IMG/VR virus record: IMGVR_UViG_3300045988_137581
Span: 1 to 60,712 of that record
DNA from: a virus
Strand: one strand, 5' to 3'
Length of the DNA: 60,712 nt
Position numbers and translations under genes: made by a program. The notes beneath the pieces were generated by a model, which saw nothing but the letters and a program-made list of their open reading frames with translations, was not told the origin of the DNA and searched no databases. Position 1 is the stretch's first letter; each line of letters starts with the position of its first letter. Shown here piece after piece: positions 32,431 through 41,800 of the stretch.

Positions 32431-34508
32431 ACCCGATTGATAAACTCATAGAGGAGAATAACAAAAGGAAAGAAACAGTTTATTCCGAGTTTAAACCGAT
32501 AACAGGTTTCGGGTCCATCGGAGAAAGGGAAGAATTGTACATTAAAGATTTCCCTTTACAAACACAATACCTCCCAAAAGAGATGCTTGAAGTACCTTTG
32601 GTGCGGGCAATACAAGAAGAAGGTTCGCTAAGTAATTACGCGAAAAAAATAGCATTCTCGGCAGGCACATACAAGGAAGATAGAATAAAAGTAATAGACG
32701 CTTTTACAAGGATACGATGTAAATACGATTTTGCTTTCTGGGCGGCATTGCTCGTTTACATCAAAAACAAGGGTGGTGGCGAAGATGTACATTTCCGTCT
32801 AAATAGTCCTCAACGAAAACTCATTGCAAAACTCGAGTGTATGAGATTGCAAGGCATGCCTATACGTCTCATACTACTAAAAGCTCGTCAATGGGGAGGC
32901 AGCACAGCGACACAAATATATATGGCGTGGTTACAACTCGTACATAAAGTAGGTTTGAATAGTCTTATTGTAGGGCATGTAAAAGATGCATCTACCGAAG
33001 TTAAAGATATGTTTGACAAGCTCATTAGAGGGTATCCTATCGAAATGCTCTACGGGATTGGCGAGCCATACAATGATAACGAGCCTAAAATAGTAGGAGT
33101 AGGACAGAGCGGAAACATTCACCGCATACCTCAAAGGAATTGCAAGATTAAAGTCGGTTCAGCCGAGAGACCGAACTCTGCAAGAGGCGGGGATTACAAT
33201 CTCGTGCATTGCACAGAAGTCGGACTGTGGGTGACTACGGAAGGGAAGACCCCTGAAGATATTGTCAGGTCTGCCTGTTCCGGTGTACTTTTAAAGCCTT
33301 ATACCATGATTGTATACGAGAGTACAGCTAATGGAACAGGGAATTTTTTCCACAGGGAATACGAAGCTGCAAAAAACGGAATATCACAATTCGACAATCT
33401 ATTTATTTCGTGGTTCGAAATTGAACAATACACAGCAGGAATAGATAACATACAAGATTTTGCCACTAAACTATGGGAAAACAGAAATAACGAGAGCATA
33501 GTTAGCGACCGTGAGGAAAGTGGGAAGTATCTGTGGTGGTTGTGGGAAAAAGGAGCAACTCTCGAAGCCATCAAGTGGTATATCTTGGAGAGAAGCAAGT
33601 ACACCAACCATGGAGACATGGCAAGCGAGTACCCAAGCGACGACATCGAGGCTTTCGTGCATTCTGGAACGATGATATTCGACAAATACAAAGTAGAACA
33701 ATTTAAACCGACCTGTCGTCCGGCTCGATATATAGGGGATATATATGCAGATGGAGATAGCGGAAAAACTGCATTAAGTAATTTGAGATTTTCGGAAGAC
33801 AAGCAAGGTCTTTTGCATATATGGGATATGCCGGAAATATATGAGGACGAAATTGTAACAAATAGATATATTGTTGTGGTGGATATAGGTGGACGTTCTC
33901 GCAAAGCAGACTTTTCCGTTATTCTTGTTATAGATAGGCTGTTTATGATATATGGCGACAAGCCTGTTGTTGTCGCTCAATGGTATGGACATATCGATAT
34001 GGATATTCTTGCGTGGAAAGCAGTTCAAGTTGCCACATTTTACGATAAAGCATTGCTCGTTATAGAGAGCAATACGCTCGAAACCCGAGACAAAGAGCGT
34101 CAGGTTGATGGAGACCAATCACATTTTATTCTAAACCAAATCAAAGATGTATATCCAAACTTATATGCAAGAAAACAATCAGAAGAAGCAATCCGTGAAG
34201 GATTACCACAAAAGTACGGCTTCCACACGAACATTGCGACAAAACCGATGATTATATCAACTCTTATAAAGGTTATCAGAGACAATCTTTATATCGAACG
34301 AGACGAACGCTGTCTTGATGAATATCTGTATTACGAGAAAAAGAAAAACGGAGCTTTTGGGGCAATAGATGGGAAACATGATGACTTATTGATGACAAGA
34401 GCAATAGGTCTTCATATTTGTTTTTTCGAGATGGACATGCCCGCAATACATCCTCGCCTAAAGTTTCGCAATGAGAAAAGCAAACCGATAACAGAAGCAA
34501 CAATTTAA
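32427..34508 (+). CDS. terL: terminase large subunit (693 aa from ATG 32427; track ORF starts at TTG 32376)
   Basis: ATPase motifs KARQWGGSTA (Walker A-like) and GGDYNLVHCTEVG. Nuclease motifs VVVDIGGRSRKADFSV and GKHDDLLMTRAIGLH. Confidence 0.85.
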   Translation: MNPIDKLIEENNKRKETVYSEFKPITGFGSIGEREELYIKDFPLQTQYLPKEMLEVPLVRAIQEEGSLSNYAKKIAFSAGTYKEDRIKVIDAFTRIRCKYDFAFWAALLVYIKNKGGGEDVHFRLNSPQRKLIAKLECMRLQGMPIRLILLKARQWGGSTATQIYMAWLQLVHKVGLNSLIVGHVKDASTEVKDMFDKLIRGYPIEMLYGIGEPYNDNEPKIVGVGQSGNIHRIPQRNCKIKVGSAERPNSARGGDYNLVHCTEVGLWVTTEGKTPEDIVRSACSGVLLKPYTMIVYESTANGTGNFFHREYEAAKNGISQFDNLFISWFEIEQYTAGIDNIQDFATKLWENRNNESIVSDREESGKYLWWLWEKGATLEAIKWYILERSKYTNHGDMASEYPSDDIEAFVHSGTMIFDKYKVEQFKPTCRPARYIGDIYADGDSGKTALSNLRFSEDKQGLLHIWDMPEIYEDEIVTNRYIVVVDIGGRSRKADFSVILVIDRLFMIYGDKPVVVAQWYGHIDMDILAWKAVQVATFYDKALLVIESNTLETRDKERQVDGDQSHFILNQIKDVYPNLYARKQSEEAIREGLPQKYGFHTNIATKPMIISTLIKVIRDNLYIERDERCLDEYLYYEKKKNGAFGAIDGKHDDLLMTRAIGLHICFFEMDMPAIHPRLKFRNEKSKPITEATI

Positions 34509-34520
34509 AGCAATAACACT

Positions 34521-34811
34521 ATGAACATTTTTTCAAAGTTAAAATTCACGGTAACGCTAATCCGAGCCACAAAGATGGCAGACGAGAAGCATAAAGAAAA
34601 TGGTGATACATATTATGTAGTACCAATGATTGACAAAAGGTTAATGGTCATCAACCGTCGAGATTTCAAGGTACTGAAAAGAAAGAATTATATACCGAAG
34701 CAAGCTACACTATCGGACTTAAAACGAGAGTGTTTTTACGCAACAGACATTCCGGAATCGAAAGTCAAGGAGAAAAAGAAGCAATTCATGAAATGGATTA
34801 CTTCCGAATAA
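34521..34811 (+). CDS. hypothetical protein (96 aa)
   Basis: ATG ORF followed by a 12-bp hairpin. Confidence 0.5.
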   Translation: MNIFSKLKFTVTLIRATKMADEKHKENGDTYYVVPMIDKRLMVINRRDFKVLKRKNYIPKQATLSDLKRECFYATDIPESKVKEKKKQFMKWITSE

Positions 34812-34814
34812 AAA

Positions 34815-34855
34815 CTAAGCCAATCCACAAAACCAATACAAAAGGATTGGCTTAG
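34815..34855 (+). terminator. Intergenic hairpin (12-bp perfect stem, 17-nt loop), terminator or processing site
   Basis: CTAAGCCAATCC ... GGATTGGCTTAG. There is no clear U-run. Confidence 0.4.
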
Positions 34856-34871
34856 AATAGATAAAGGCATA

Positions 34872-35219
34872 TTGAATAAGGCTCTATCATATAAGAGTAA
34901 CAATCAATATGTCTTTATGTTTATGGATTTATTAGAAAAAGTATATGCCATTGTAGAGGAGGCAACCATAGCAACACTTGGTATCGGGTGTGAAAATTGG
35001 CGTAAGTGCAAATGCGAAGATTGTGTTTTGCTTCGCAAAATGATTATTAAGACGTTGCAACGATTGGGTTATAATCGTCGGCAAATGACACTTTATACAG
35101 GGTTGAGCAAGTCTGCTGTTGGTCGCTATTTATCTGATTATGAAGATAGCCCTATTATTTCCAAAATTCGTATCGAAATTAGCCGCAAACTCTCCGAAAG
35201 AGGCATTTCGTTGCGATAA
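34872..35219 (+). CDS. hypothetical HTH-like protein (TTG start in the track; in-frame ATG at 34917)
   Basis: LYTGLSKSAVGRYLSDY resembles a sigma-70 region 4 or LuxR-type HTH. Confidence 0.5.
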   Translation: MNKALSYKSNNQYVFMFMDLLEKVYAIVEEATIATLGIGCENWRKCKCEDCVLLRKMIIKTLQRLGYNRRQMTLYTGLSKSAVGRYLSDYEDSPIISKIRIEISRKLSERGISLR

Positions 35220-35310
35220 GGTAATAGTAATTTTGCTTCGTAACAAACGAAGTACAAGGGAGTTACCGCAATGCCGAAAGCGGTAAGACGGCAATTAAAT
35301 ACAAATTGTT

Positions 35311-35844
35311 ATGGAAATTGAAAACAATGGACGTAAACAACGTGTCACAAGTCAAGCCCAAGGCAATTTCAACACTGTCGGCAGTGCAGCAGGCATCGCC
35401 TCTTTTCTTGGCTTGAACCTACCGAATGTATTCGGTACCAGAAGTAATGGTGTCGATGGCTGTACTTGTAATGGGTCATCTGATAATGACCTCATAACGA
35501 AGTATGAAGCAAATTTGCTACTTGCTTTGACGGCAAAAGATGCAGAGATTGCGAACCTTAAATCCGACCAATACACCGACCGCAAGTTGGTGGAGGTAAC
35601 GCAATATCTTGACGGTAAGTTTAGTGCAATGGCAGCAGAAATGCGAAAGAACAAAGAAGAGCAACAGGGCATTAACATGCAACAAGCTGTTTACAATGGA
35701 GCGAACACTGCAACAATTCAATGTATGCAATCCCAAGTGCAGCAATTGCTCAATTTGGCAAAATTGGTTATACCGAACAGTTCGGTTTGTCCGGGTTGGG
35801 GTAACGTAAACAACACCCCCTCCACTACGCCGGCAACAGCGTAA
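35311..35844 (+). CDS. hypothetical protein (177 aa)
   Basis: ATG ORF preceded by two adjacent hairpins (35236-35252 and 35263-35286). Confidence 0.5.
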   Translation: MEIENNGRKQRVTSQAQGNFNTVGSAAGIASFLGLNLPNVFGTRSNGVDGCTCNGSSDNDLITKYEANLLLALTAKDAEIANLKSDQYTDRKLVEVTQYLDGKFSAMAAEMRKNKEEQQGINMQQAVYNGANTATIQCMQSQVQQLLNLAKLVIPNSSVCPGWGNVNNTPSTTPATA

Positions 35845-35939
35845 GACGCCAAAACGTAAAAGGAAGTCAACTGTGAAGAACAACTGACAGAAACCAAGAA
35901 GGAGTGGAGCATTCCGCTCCTTCTATCAAAATTCGATAT

Positions 35940-36335
35940 ATGAATAATATAGAGACATTAAGCGGTATCATAATCGACTGGGCAAAGCCTATGATTGACG
36001 ATATTGCAAGCCAGTTGATAGGAGGTAATGGTGGTGTAACGAGAGTAAACTCTTGGATAAAGAAATACTTTCCCGTATCGGAAAGCTACACAATTTGGAA
36101 TGATATATCATTCCTCGCAATACCACTGTTTAGCTTGACTATCACACCTTTGTTGCAACAAGGACTTGACAAAATAGGTGTGTCCGAAGAAATGATACCA
36201 ACGTATATTCGTGAAGTTGCAGATGCCATGTATAAAGAAGCGGAAAGCAAAGGTCAGGTTAAATTCTTGGAACGTTACACATTTTCTCTTGATGACATGC
36301 AACGATTGAAAGATTTAATTGAAGAAAGGTTGTAG
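35940..36335 (+). CDS. hypothetical protein (131 aa from ATG 35940; track ORF starts at GTG 35904)
   Basis: ORF in the packaging block. No motif. Confidence 0.5.
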   Translation: MNNIETLSGIIIDWAKPMIDDIASQLIGGNGGVTRVNSWIKKYFPVSESYTIWNDISFLAIPLFSLTITPLLQQGLDKIGVSEEMIPTYIREVADAMYKEAESKGQVKFLERYTFSLDDMQRLKDLIEERL

Positions 36336-36337
36336 AT

Positions 36338-36799
36338 ATGTATAAAGAAATAGTAAAGAAGAATTGGAACAGCGGCAACAAGGAAATAATGCACAAAAGT
36401 GTTGATATGATTGCCGACTTATTGGAAGAAATAAAAGAAGAACATCCCGAGAAATATTGGTTGTTTATCCGCCAACAACAAGGTTTGATGAGTAGCGGAC
36501 ACTACAATGAAGAATTTGCACGCTATGACGTGGAAAAAATGTGGCATTTGTCAAAGGATGGAAAAAAACACGAGGGAGAACATTGGACGATTAAACAGGC
36601 AAAACAAGTAATGCAGAATTACAACTTGGCATCACCTATTAACGAGTATGATGTCTATGTTGCCCTAAATGCTTTTTGGCACGACTTGGAATGTGTGATA
36701 CCTGACGAAGATACACTTATTGAGGCTGCTGTTGCATTTTGGTTTAAGGATTGTGATTTCGATGAACACAATAAGGTATGGAGGTATTTCTGCATGTAG
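36338..36799 (+). CDS. hypothetical protein (153 aa)
   Basis: ATG ORF 3 nt after the previous stop, followed by a bidirectional terminator. Confidence 0.55.
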   Translation: MYKEIVKKNWNSGNKEIMHKSVDMIADLLEEIKEEHPEKYWLFIRQQQGLMSSGHYNEEFARYDVEKMWHLSKDGKKHEGEHWTIKQAKQVMQNYNLASPINEYDVYVALNAFWHDLECVIPDEDTLIEAAVAFWFKDCDFDEHNKVWRYFCM

Positions 36800-36804
36800 A
36801 ACAA

Positions 36805-36831
36805 AGAGGCTGAGCTGGATACTCAGCCTCT
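36805..36831. terminator. Bidirectional terminator between convergent genes
   Basis: 10-bp stem AGAGGCTGAG/CTCAGCCTCT with a 7-nt loop, flanked by A-rich and T-rich sequence. Confidence 0.75.
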
Positions 36832-36834
36832 TCT

Positions 36835-38805
36835 TTATTGTTTCATTGCATTGTATAATTGATTTACCGCTTCCGAATTCGCTCCTTGTTGAACTTGTTT
36901 CATCAATTCTGGCGATAAACCGTTTGGCGTTTCCCCGCGGGAAATCTCCTCTTCTTGTGCATTGATTGATTGCAACAGTTCATCTGCGAACGGGAAATTG
37001 CCAAATTCAAGTAATTGTTTTACCGAGATAGCTTGTGATTGCCATAATTGTAATAATACATCGTTTGCCAATTGTCTATAGGCAGGTGTAGAAGTATTTT
37101 CACTAATGGATAAATCAAACTCTACATCTCTTATTTTTTGAGGGTCATACTCAATCATTGCTCTATTCTTGCCTGCTATATTAAACACCCTTTTATCATC
37201 ATAAAACTGCTGGATATTCTTGACATCTTTATATGCTGCATCTATAATAAATCCGCTAAAGCTATCCAGAATATCTAACAAAGTCATTGTGGCGTTCTGC
37301 GTTTGTTGATTGTAATGAGCCGCACTCTCTCCGCTATATCCGGGTTTCCCTTGTAACGCTCCTGTAACCCCTGAAATATCTTCAAACATTTTCAGTTGCA
37401 AGTTAAGCAATTCGGATATGCCTATATTAGTAGAATTATTCGCTACTTGCTGAGGAATTTGACCGGACTTGCTTGGTGTATACATAATCACTCCATTAAA
37501 CTCTGTCCATCTTTCAGCGATTTCGTCTATTGACATAGAATTTTCAGAGATACAATCCGAAGGAACCATCAACACACCTTTAGCACTTGCTCGCATTATC
37601 CAGTCATACAGAGTTATCAGCCTGTTAGTATAGCGTTGTTGGTCTATTATATCTGCAACAAACGAATGTATTTCACCATCAATGAACGGATACGCCTTGA
37701 AGACATAAGGGTGGCTTTTATGTTCGTATGGTGTTTCACCCTCTTTAAGAATATCTCCGAACGGTGTCAGATAGTAAAAGTACCAATAGTCATCGATAAA
37801 CCAAGTAGTCTTGATTATCGGCACTTCTTCTTCATCCATACCATTTTCTTTTGCCATATTCATTCGTTCTTCATTTACCGAAGTAACCGTGTCATATAAA
37901 TCCTCTACATCTACTTTGAAAATCTCTCCGGTCAGATAATCATGACATCTGTATCGAGGTTTCTGTTCTTTCCTCCATACCTCTATAACCCTACATCTTC
38001 CCGGATTACTGGTAAACAGAAAATCATAATTTTCTAAACGACTATATCCGAATCGTTCTGCAAAACTTGTTATGGTGTCTCTTTGTGCTGCAAGATGATA
38101 TATATCTCGAAGTCTTTTGTAGTCTTCTGCCGTTTCTGCGAATTGCTCGCACAGTTGTCCGAAAGATATATCATGCACTTCGCCTAATATAGACACATCC
38201 CACCCTCTGAAATCCCTCATGTTGTTATCAATGAAGAAATTATTAGGTTGCACATAATCAGTCCAACAATCTTCCTTATTATTTCGCCAACAGAAAGATT
38301 TTCTGTGTACAATGAATCCACTTATCAGGAATTCTTCCATCGTTCTTGCATATATTTCCGACATTCGGTTTATCTGCATATTGCATTGCAATACGATACT
38401 CATGGTCTCACTATACTTTTGCTCATCTCTGTCTCTCGCAGTACAAGTAGGCTCTTTCATCTGACTGCGATATACGCCAAGAACACTCTTTATGAGACGG
38501 CGGATAAGGTTGTTTTTCAGAGGCACATTTCCTTGCTCTTTGATATAATCTTCTTCGGTCATAGAGGAACCATCAACAACTATCGTGTCGCCCCATTGGT
38601 CGCCGTATGTATATCGTTTATTCCTTTCTCTATCTCGCCGGAAAGAGTCCATCTGATTCCAATAGAACTGGGCTTGCATTAAAATATCGAATGCACGTCT
38701 ATTGCCGAAGTTACGTTTAGAAAACTCAACGCTGTCAATATCATCTCGTTTCGGAGCAATACGACTCATCGGATACAATAACTTCTTTTTTCTGTTCGTC
38801 TGCAT
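36835..38805 (-). CDS. portal protein (656 aa)
   Basis: Based on size, position, and the N-terminal region FRRDRERNKRYTYGDQWGD, which is typical of portal proteins. Confidence 0.7.
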   Translation of the reverse strand: MQTNRKKKLLYPMSRIAPKRDDIDSVEFSKRNFGNRRAFDILMQAQFYWNQMDSFRRDRERNKRYTYGDQWGDTIVVDGSSMTEEDYIKEQGNVPLKNNLIRRLIKSVLGVYRSQMKEPTCTARDRDEQKYSETMSIVLQCNMQINRMSEIYARTMEEFLISGFIVHRKSFCWRNNKEDCWTDYVQPNNFFIDNNMRDFRGWDVSILGEVHDISFGQLCEQFAETAEDYKRLRDIYHLAAQRDTITSFAERFGYSRLENYDFLFTSNPGRCRVIEVWRKEQKPRYRCHDYLTGEIFKVDVEDLYDTVTSVNEERMNMAKENGMDEEEVPIIKTTWFIDDYWYFYYLTPFGDILKEGETPYEHKSHPYVFKAYPFIDGEIHSFVADIIDQQRYTNRLITLYDWIMRASAKGVLMVPSDCISENSMSIDEIAERWTEFNGVIMYTPSKSGQIPQQVANNSTNIGISELLNLQLKMFEDISGVTGALQGKPGYSGESAAHYNQQTQNATMTLLDILDSFSGFIIDAAYKDVKNIQQFYDDKRVFNIAGKNRAMIEYDPQKIRDVEFDLSISENTSTPAYRQLANDVLLQLWQSQAISVKQLLEFGNFPFADELLQSINAQEEEISRGETPNGLSPELMKQVQQGANSEAVNQLYNAMKQ

Positions 38806-38822
38806 AGTTCAATATTTTGAAG

Positions 38823-38865
38823 AAGGTGCTTATGAAGTAGGCAAAGATAACAACATAAGCACCTT
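38823..38865 (-). promoter_or_regulatory. 12-bp perfect hairpin between the polyvalent gene and the portal gene
   Basis: AAGGTGCTTATG-N19-CATAAGCACCTT. No U-run on either strand. Confidence 0.35.
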
Positions 38866-38881
38866 TACTCGGTATAACTTA

Positions 38882-41800
38882 TTATAGAGCATCTATCAAT
38901 CTCACCTTTTTTACTACCTGCTTCTTCAACTCGTTGAGTTCTTTCTTTAACTTATCCTCTTCTTCCTTGGTTGTTGCCTCTTTCAACATTTTCTTGCTCT
39001 TTTTAATCTTGGAATAAAGATTCTTGTCGTCGAATGCAGCCAAATGAGCATATTCTTTCGACTTTTTTATTTCTTGCAATCTCTTAACCGCTTTTTTGTC
39101 GCCTTGGGCTTTATCTTTTTCATAGGCTTTTATCAAACGCATTGTCTCCTTATATTCTTCCTCTAATTGAAAGAACTCGTTATTCAAAGCTCTATTCTTC
39201 GTTCGTTCGTCTCCATTGGTTACGAACCTATTCACAAGAGGTATGTTTCGCCAATCAAAGTCTTTCCCAACCCCTGCCTCATACAACTTAACAAGTTGAT
39301 TTGGTAACGTCCAAAAGCCACCTCCATACGACCTTAACAAGTACTCTATTTCCGCAGGATTCAAATCTACCTTTCCTTTCTCATATCTTGTACCACCGCT
39401 CATTTCATTCAAATAAGCACACAAATCGACAATCTTAGTATTCGCATTCTTATACGCTTTCGTCCATTCCGGCATATTTTTATTGAATGGAGTGTCCTTA
39501 TATATCGGTAATCCGTACCATGAACGATTTTTCTGCACTTCAAGCATTGGCTTTATCGCACTCGGAGTAAACGGAGCTAACAAATCAAGCCCATCTTTAT
39601 TGTTTGTCTGCCCCTCCATTATATCGATAGGAGTAAGCTTCGATATTTGAGAAGCAAACTCCGCAACACTCAATGGCTCATTGTGGAACATTTTACCTCC
39701 TAACAATTCCCCCATTCCATAAATGGCTTGATATTCGATAGGCAAAGGTACTTTAATCCAACTCTTACCCGGACCCGGGAATACGAAGTTATTTCTCCTT
39801 ATGGTTTCGGGCAAGTCATAATAGCTGCCTCTTTTATCATCATCTCCGTCATCTCCATCACTAACCAATTTCTGTATAAACATTCCGAGAACGAACAATG
39901 CAGATGCAACACTTAACGACCTTCCGGGGTGTTGCGACAAAGCTTTACCGAAGTTACCGAACGTACCCTGTATCGCTGCATTCCAGAAGATAAACAGCGT
40001 ACGTCCGGCACCGCTGACGAAAGCACCGCTCTTGCCCAATAGAGTTTGACCCTGCGACTTCAAAAAACGGTCTCCCGCTCCTTTCTTGTTGAAGTTTACA
40101 CTTATTTCTTTTGCGTCGAATATCGAACGACCTATATCTCGTCCCAAACTGCGAGAGGTCATAAACGCAGCGAAACGAGCTTTCGTTTCGACAGAACGCC
40201 CTATTTCATCAAGCCAATTAGCGAAGTGTTTTCTCCATTCCTCAAAAGGCATCTTTTTATTCAACGTCTTTAATGCTTTCTCAATCTCTTTCTTATGTTC
40301 CTCCACGTCGAGCATTCGCCTGTAACCGGTCTCGCCTCCGTTGTCAAGGAATTGTTTGAACATAGCTTCCACTCTGTTGTTTGTATCAAGTGTACCTTTT
40401 CTGTACTTGGCAAACAACCCTTTCAACGACCACGCATTAACGAAGTAGTTTAACGCAAAACGTCTCCAATAATCAGCACCCTCTTTAACGAAAGCCATAC
40501 TGTTGGAATAGATTAAATCTCGCAAGAAGTTACTTGCAATGAAGTCCGGTTGAAGTGTGGTATATAATGCACTCAAAGTCCTGTTAACGTCTCCAACCAA
40601 TGAAATAATCGAACCGATAGAACCCCTCATATCGTTATTATCGGGATTTGTCAATCCATTTAACGCTTGTGCTGCTCTCGGATTTCCGTTGATTGTAATG
40701 ACTACATTTTTACCTCTACGCTTTACGATTACTTGATGCTGGTGCAAATCGCTATTATTCACAACCCTGTATGGGATATTGTCAGCCTCTCTGCCTCTCT
40801 TGTATTTTTCAGGCTCTTCTTCTGCCAATTGCATGAGTTTGTCATTGAACTCGGCTAATTTCCGCTCAACCTCTTCCGGAGTATCGCTCTCGTTCAATGT
40901 TGGCAACAACGGTTTCCATTCCCCGGCAACATCATCATATTGCAACCACAAATCGCTAATACTATATGCATCACTCGGGTGGTTGAGAACAAATGTCAAG
41001 AAACGATTTTTAACGAACCTATTCCTGTTACCCTGCATAATCGTACTCTCTGCCATTGATTGCAGATAAGCAAGAGGATTATCCGCCTTTGACCTACGAC
41101 CGTTCGCCTTCTTAATCGGAGCATTGAATGTCCCGTGGCGTTCGTTCAGGTACGCATACTCTTCATCGGCAGTTTTCTCGTCAAAACCTCTCAAAGGTAT
41201 GTAGTAATTGTACATACTCGATATAGCCTCGTAAGTCTCCTTGCTTATAAGACCGCACTCCAACGACTTGGATAAGATTGCATCATTTATCTCTTTCAAT
41301 AAATCCCATATAGGCTCGGTCTCGTGCATACTCTCGTATTCCGCCACCATTCGTTCCGCTTCCAACTCGGCTTCCGCAACGTCTTCTATTCCCGTCAATG
41401 CTGTAAGTCCGGCATAATCCCTTTGCCTGTTCTTCTCAATCATCTTTTCCAACTCCTCCTCGGATTTTCCTGATTTTTCGAGTTTAGACTTCGCATCTCG
41501 TTCAGCCATATAAACATTTCTTTCCAAGCCGTGCTTAGCCATCATGTATTCTATCAGTTCATCTCTTTCGTCGGCAGTTGTTGCCAATTTTGAAATAACT
41601 ACGTTCAACGGTTGGAAGAAAGTACGGTTGAACGCCTCCACCTCTTTTTCGTTAATACTCGACAGAGCGTTCTCTCCTGTATAAGCATTCTCGAAAGTAG
41701 GCACATCTGCAATATTGAAATCTTTCTTACCATTCGCCTCATACACAGACCCCATAAGCTCCTTCAATCCAAGCATACTATCCTGCATAGCCTCCTTGAA

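Noticed and set aside
33299-33961. 220-aa minus-strand ORF inside terL, and the similar 9211-9753 ORF inside the initiator and loader genes
   Set aside because: They are antisense to genes with clear Walker and nuclease motifs, and they have no motifs of their own. These are typical shadow ORFs.
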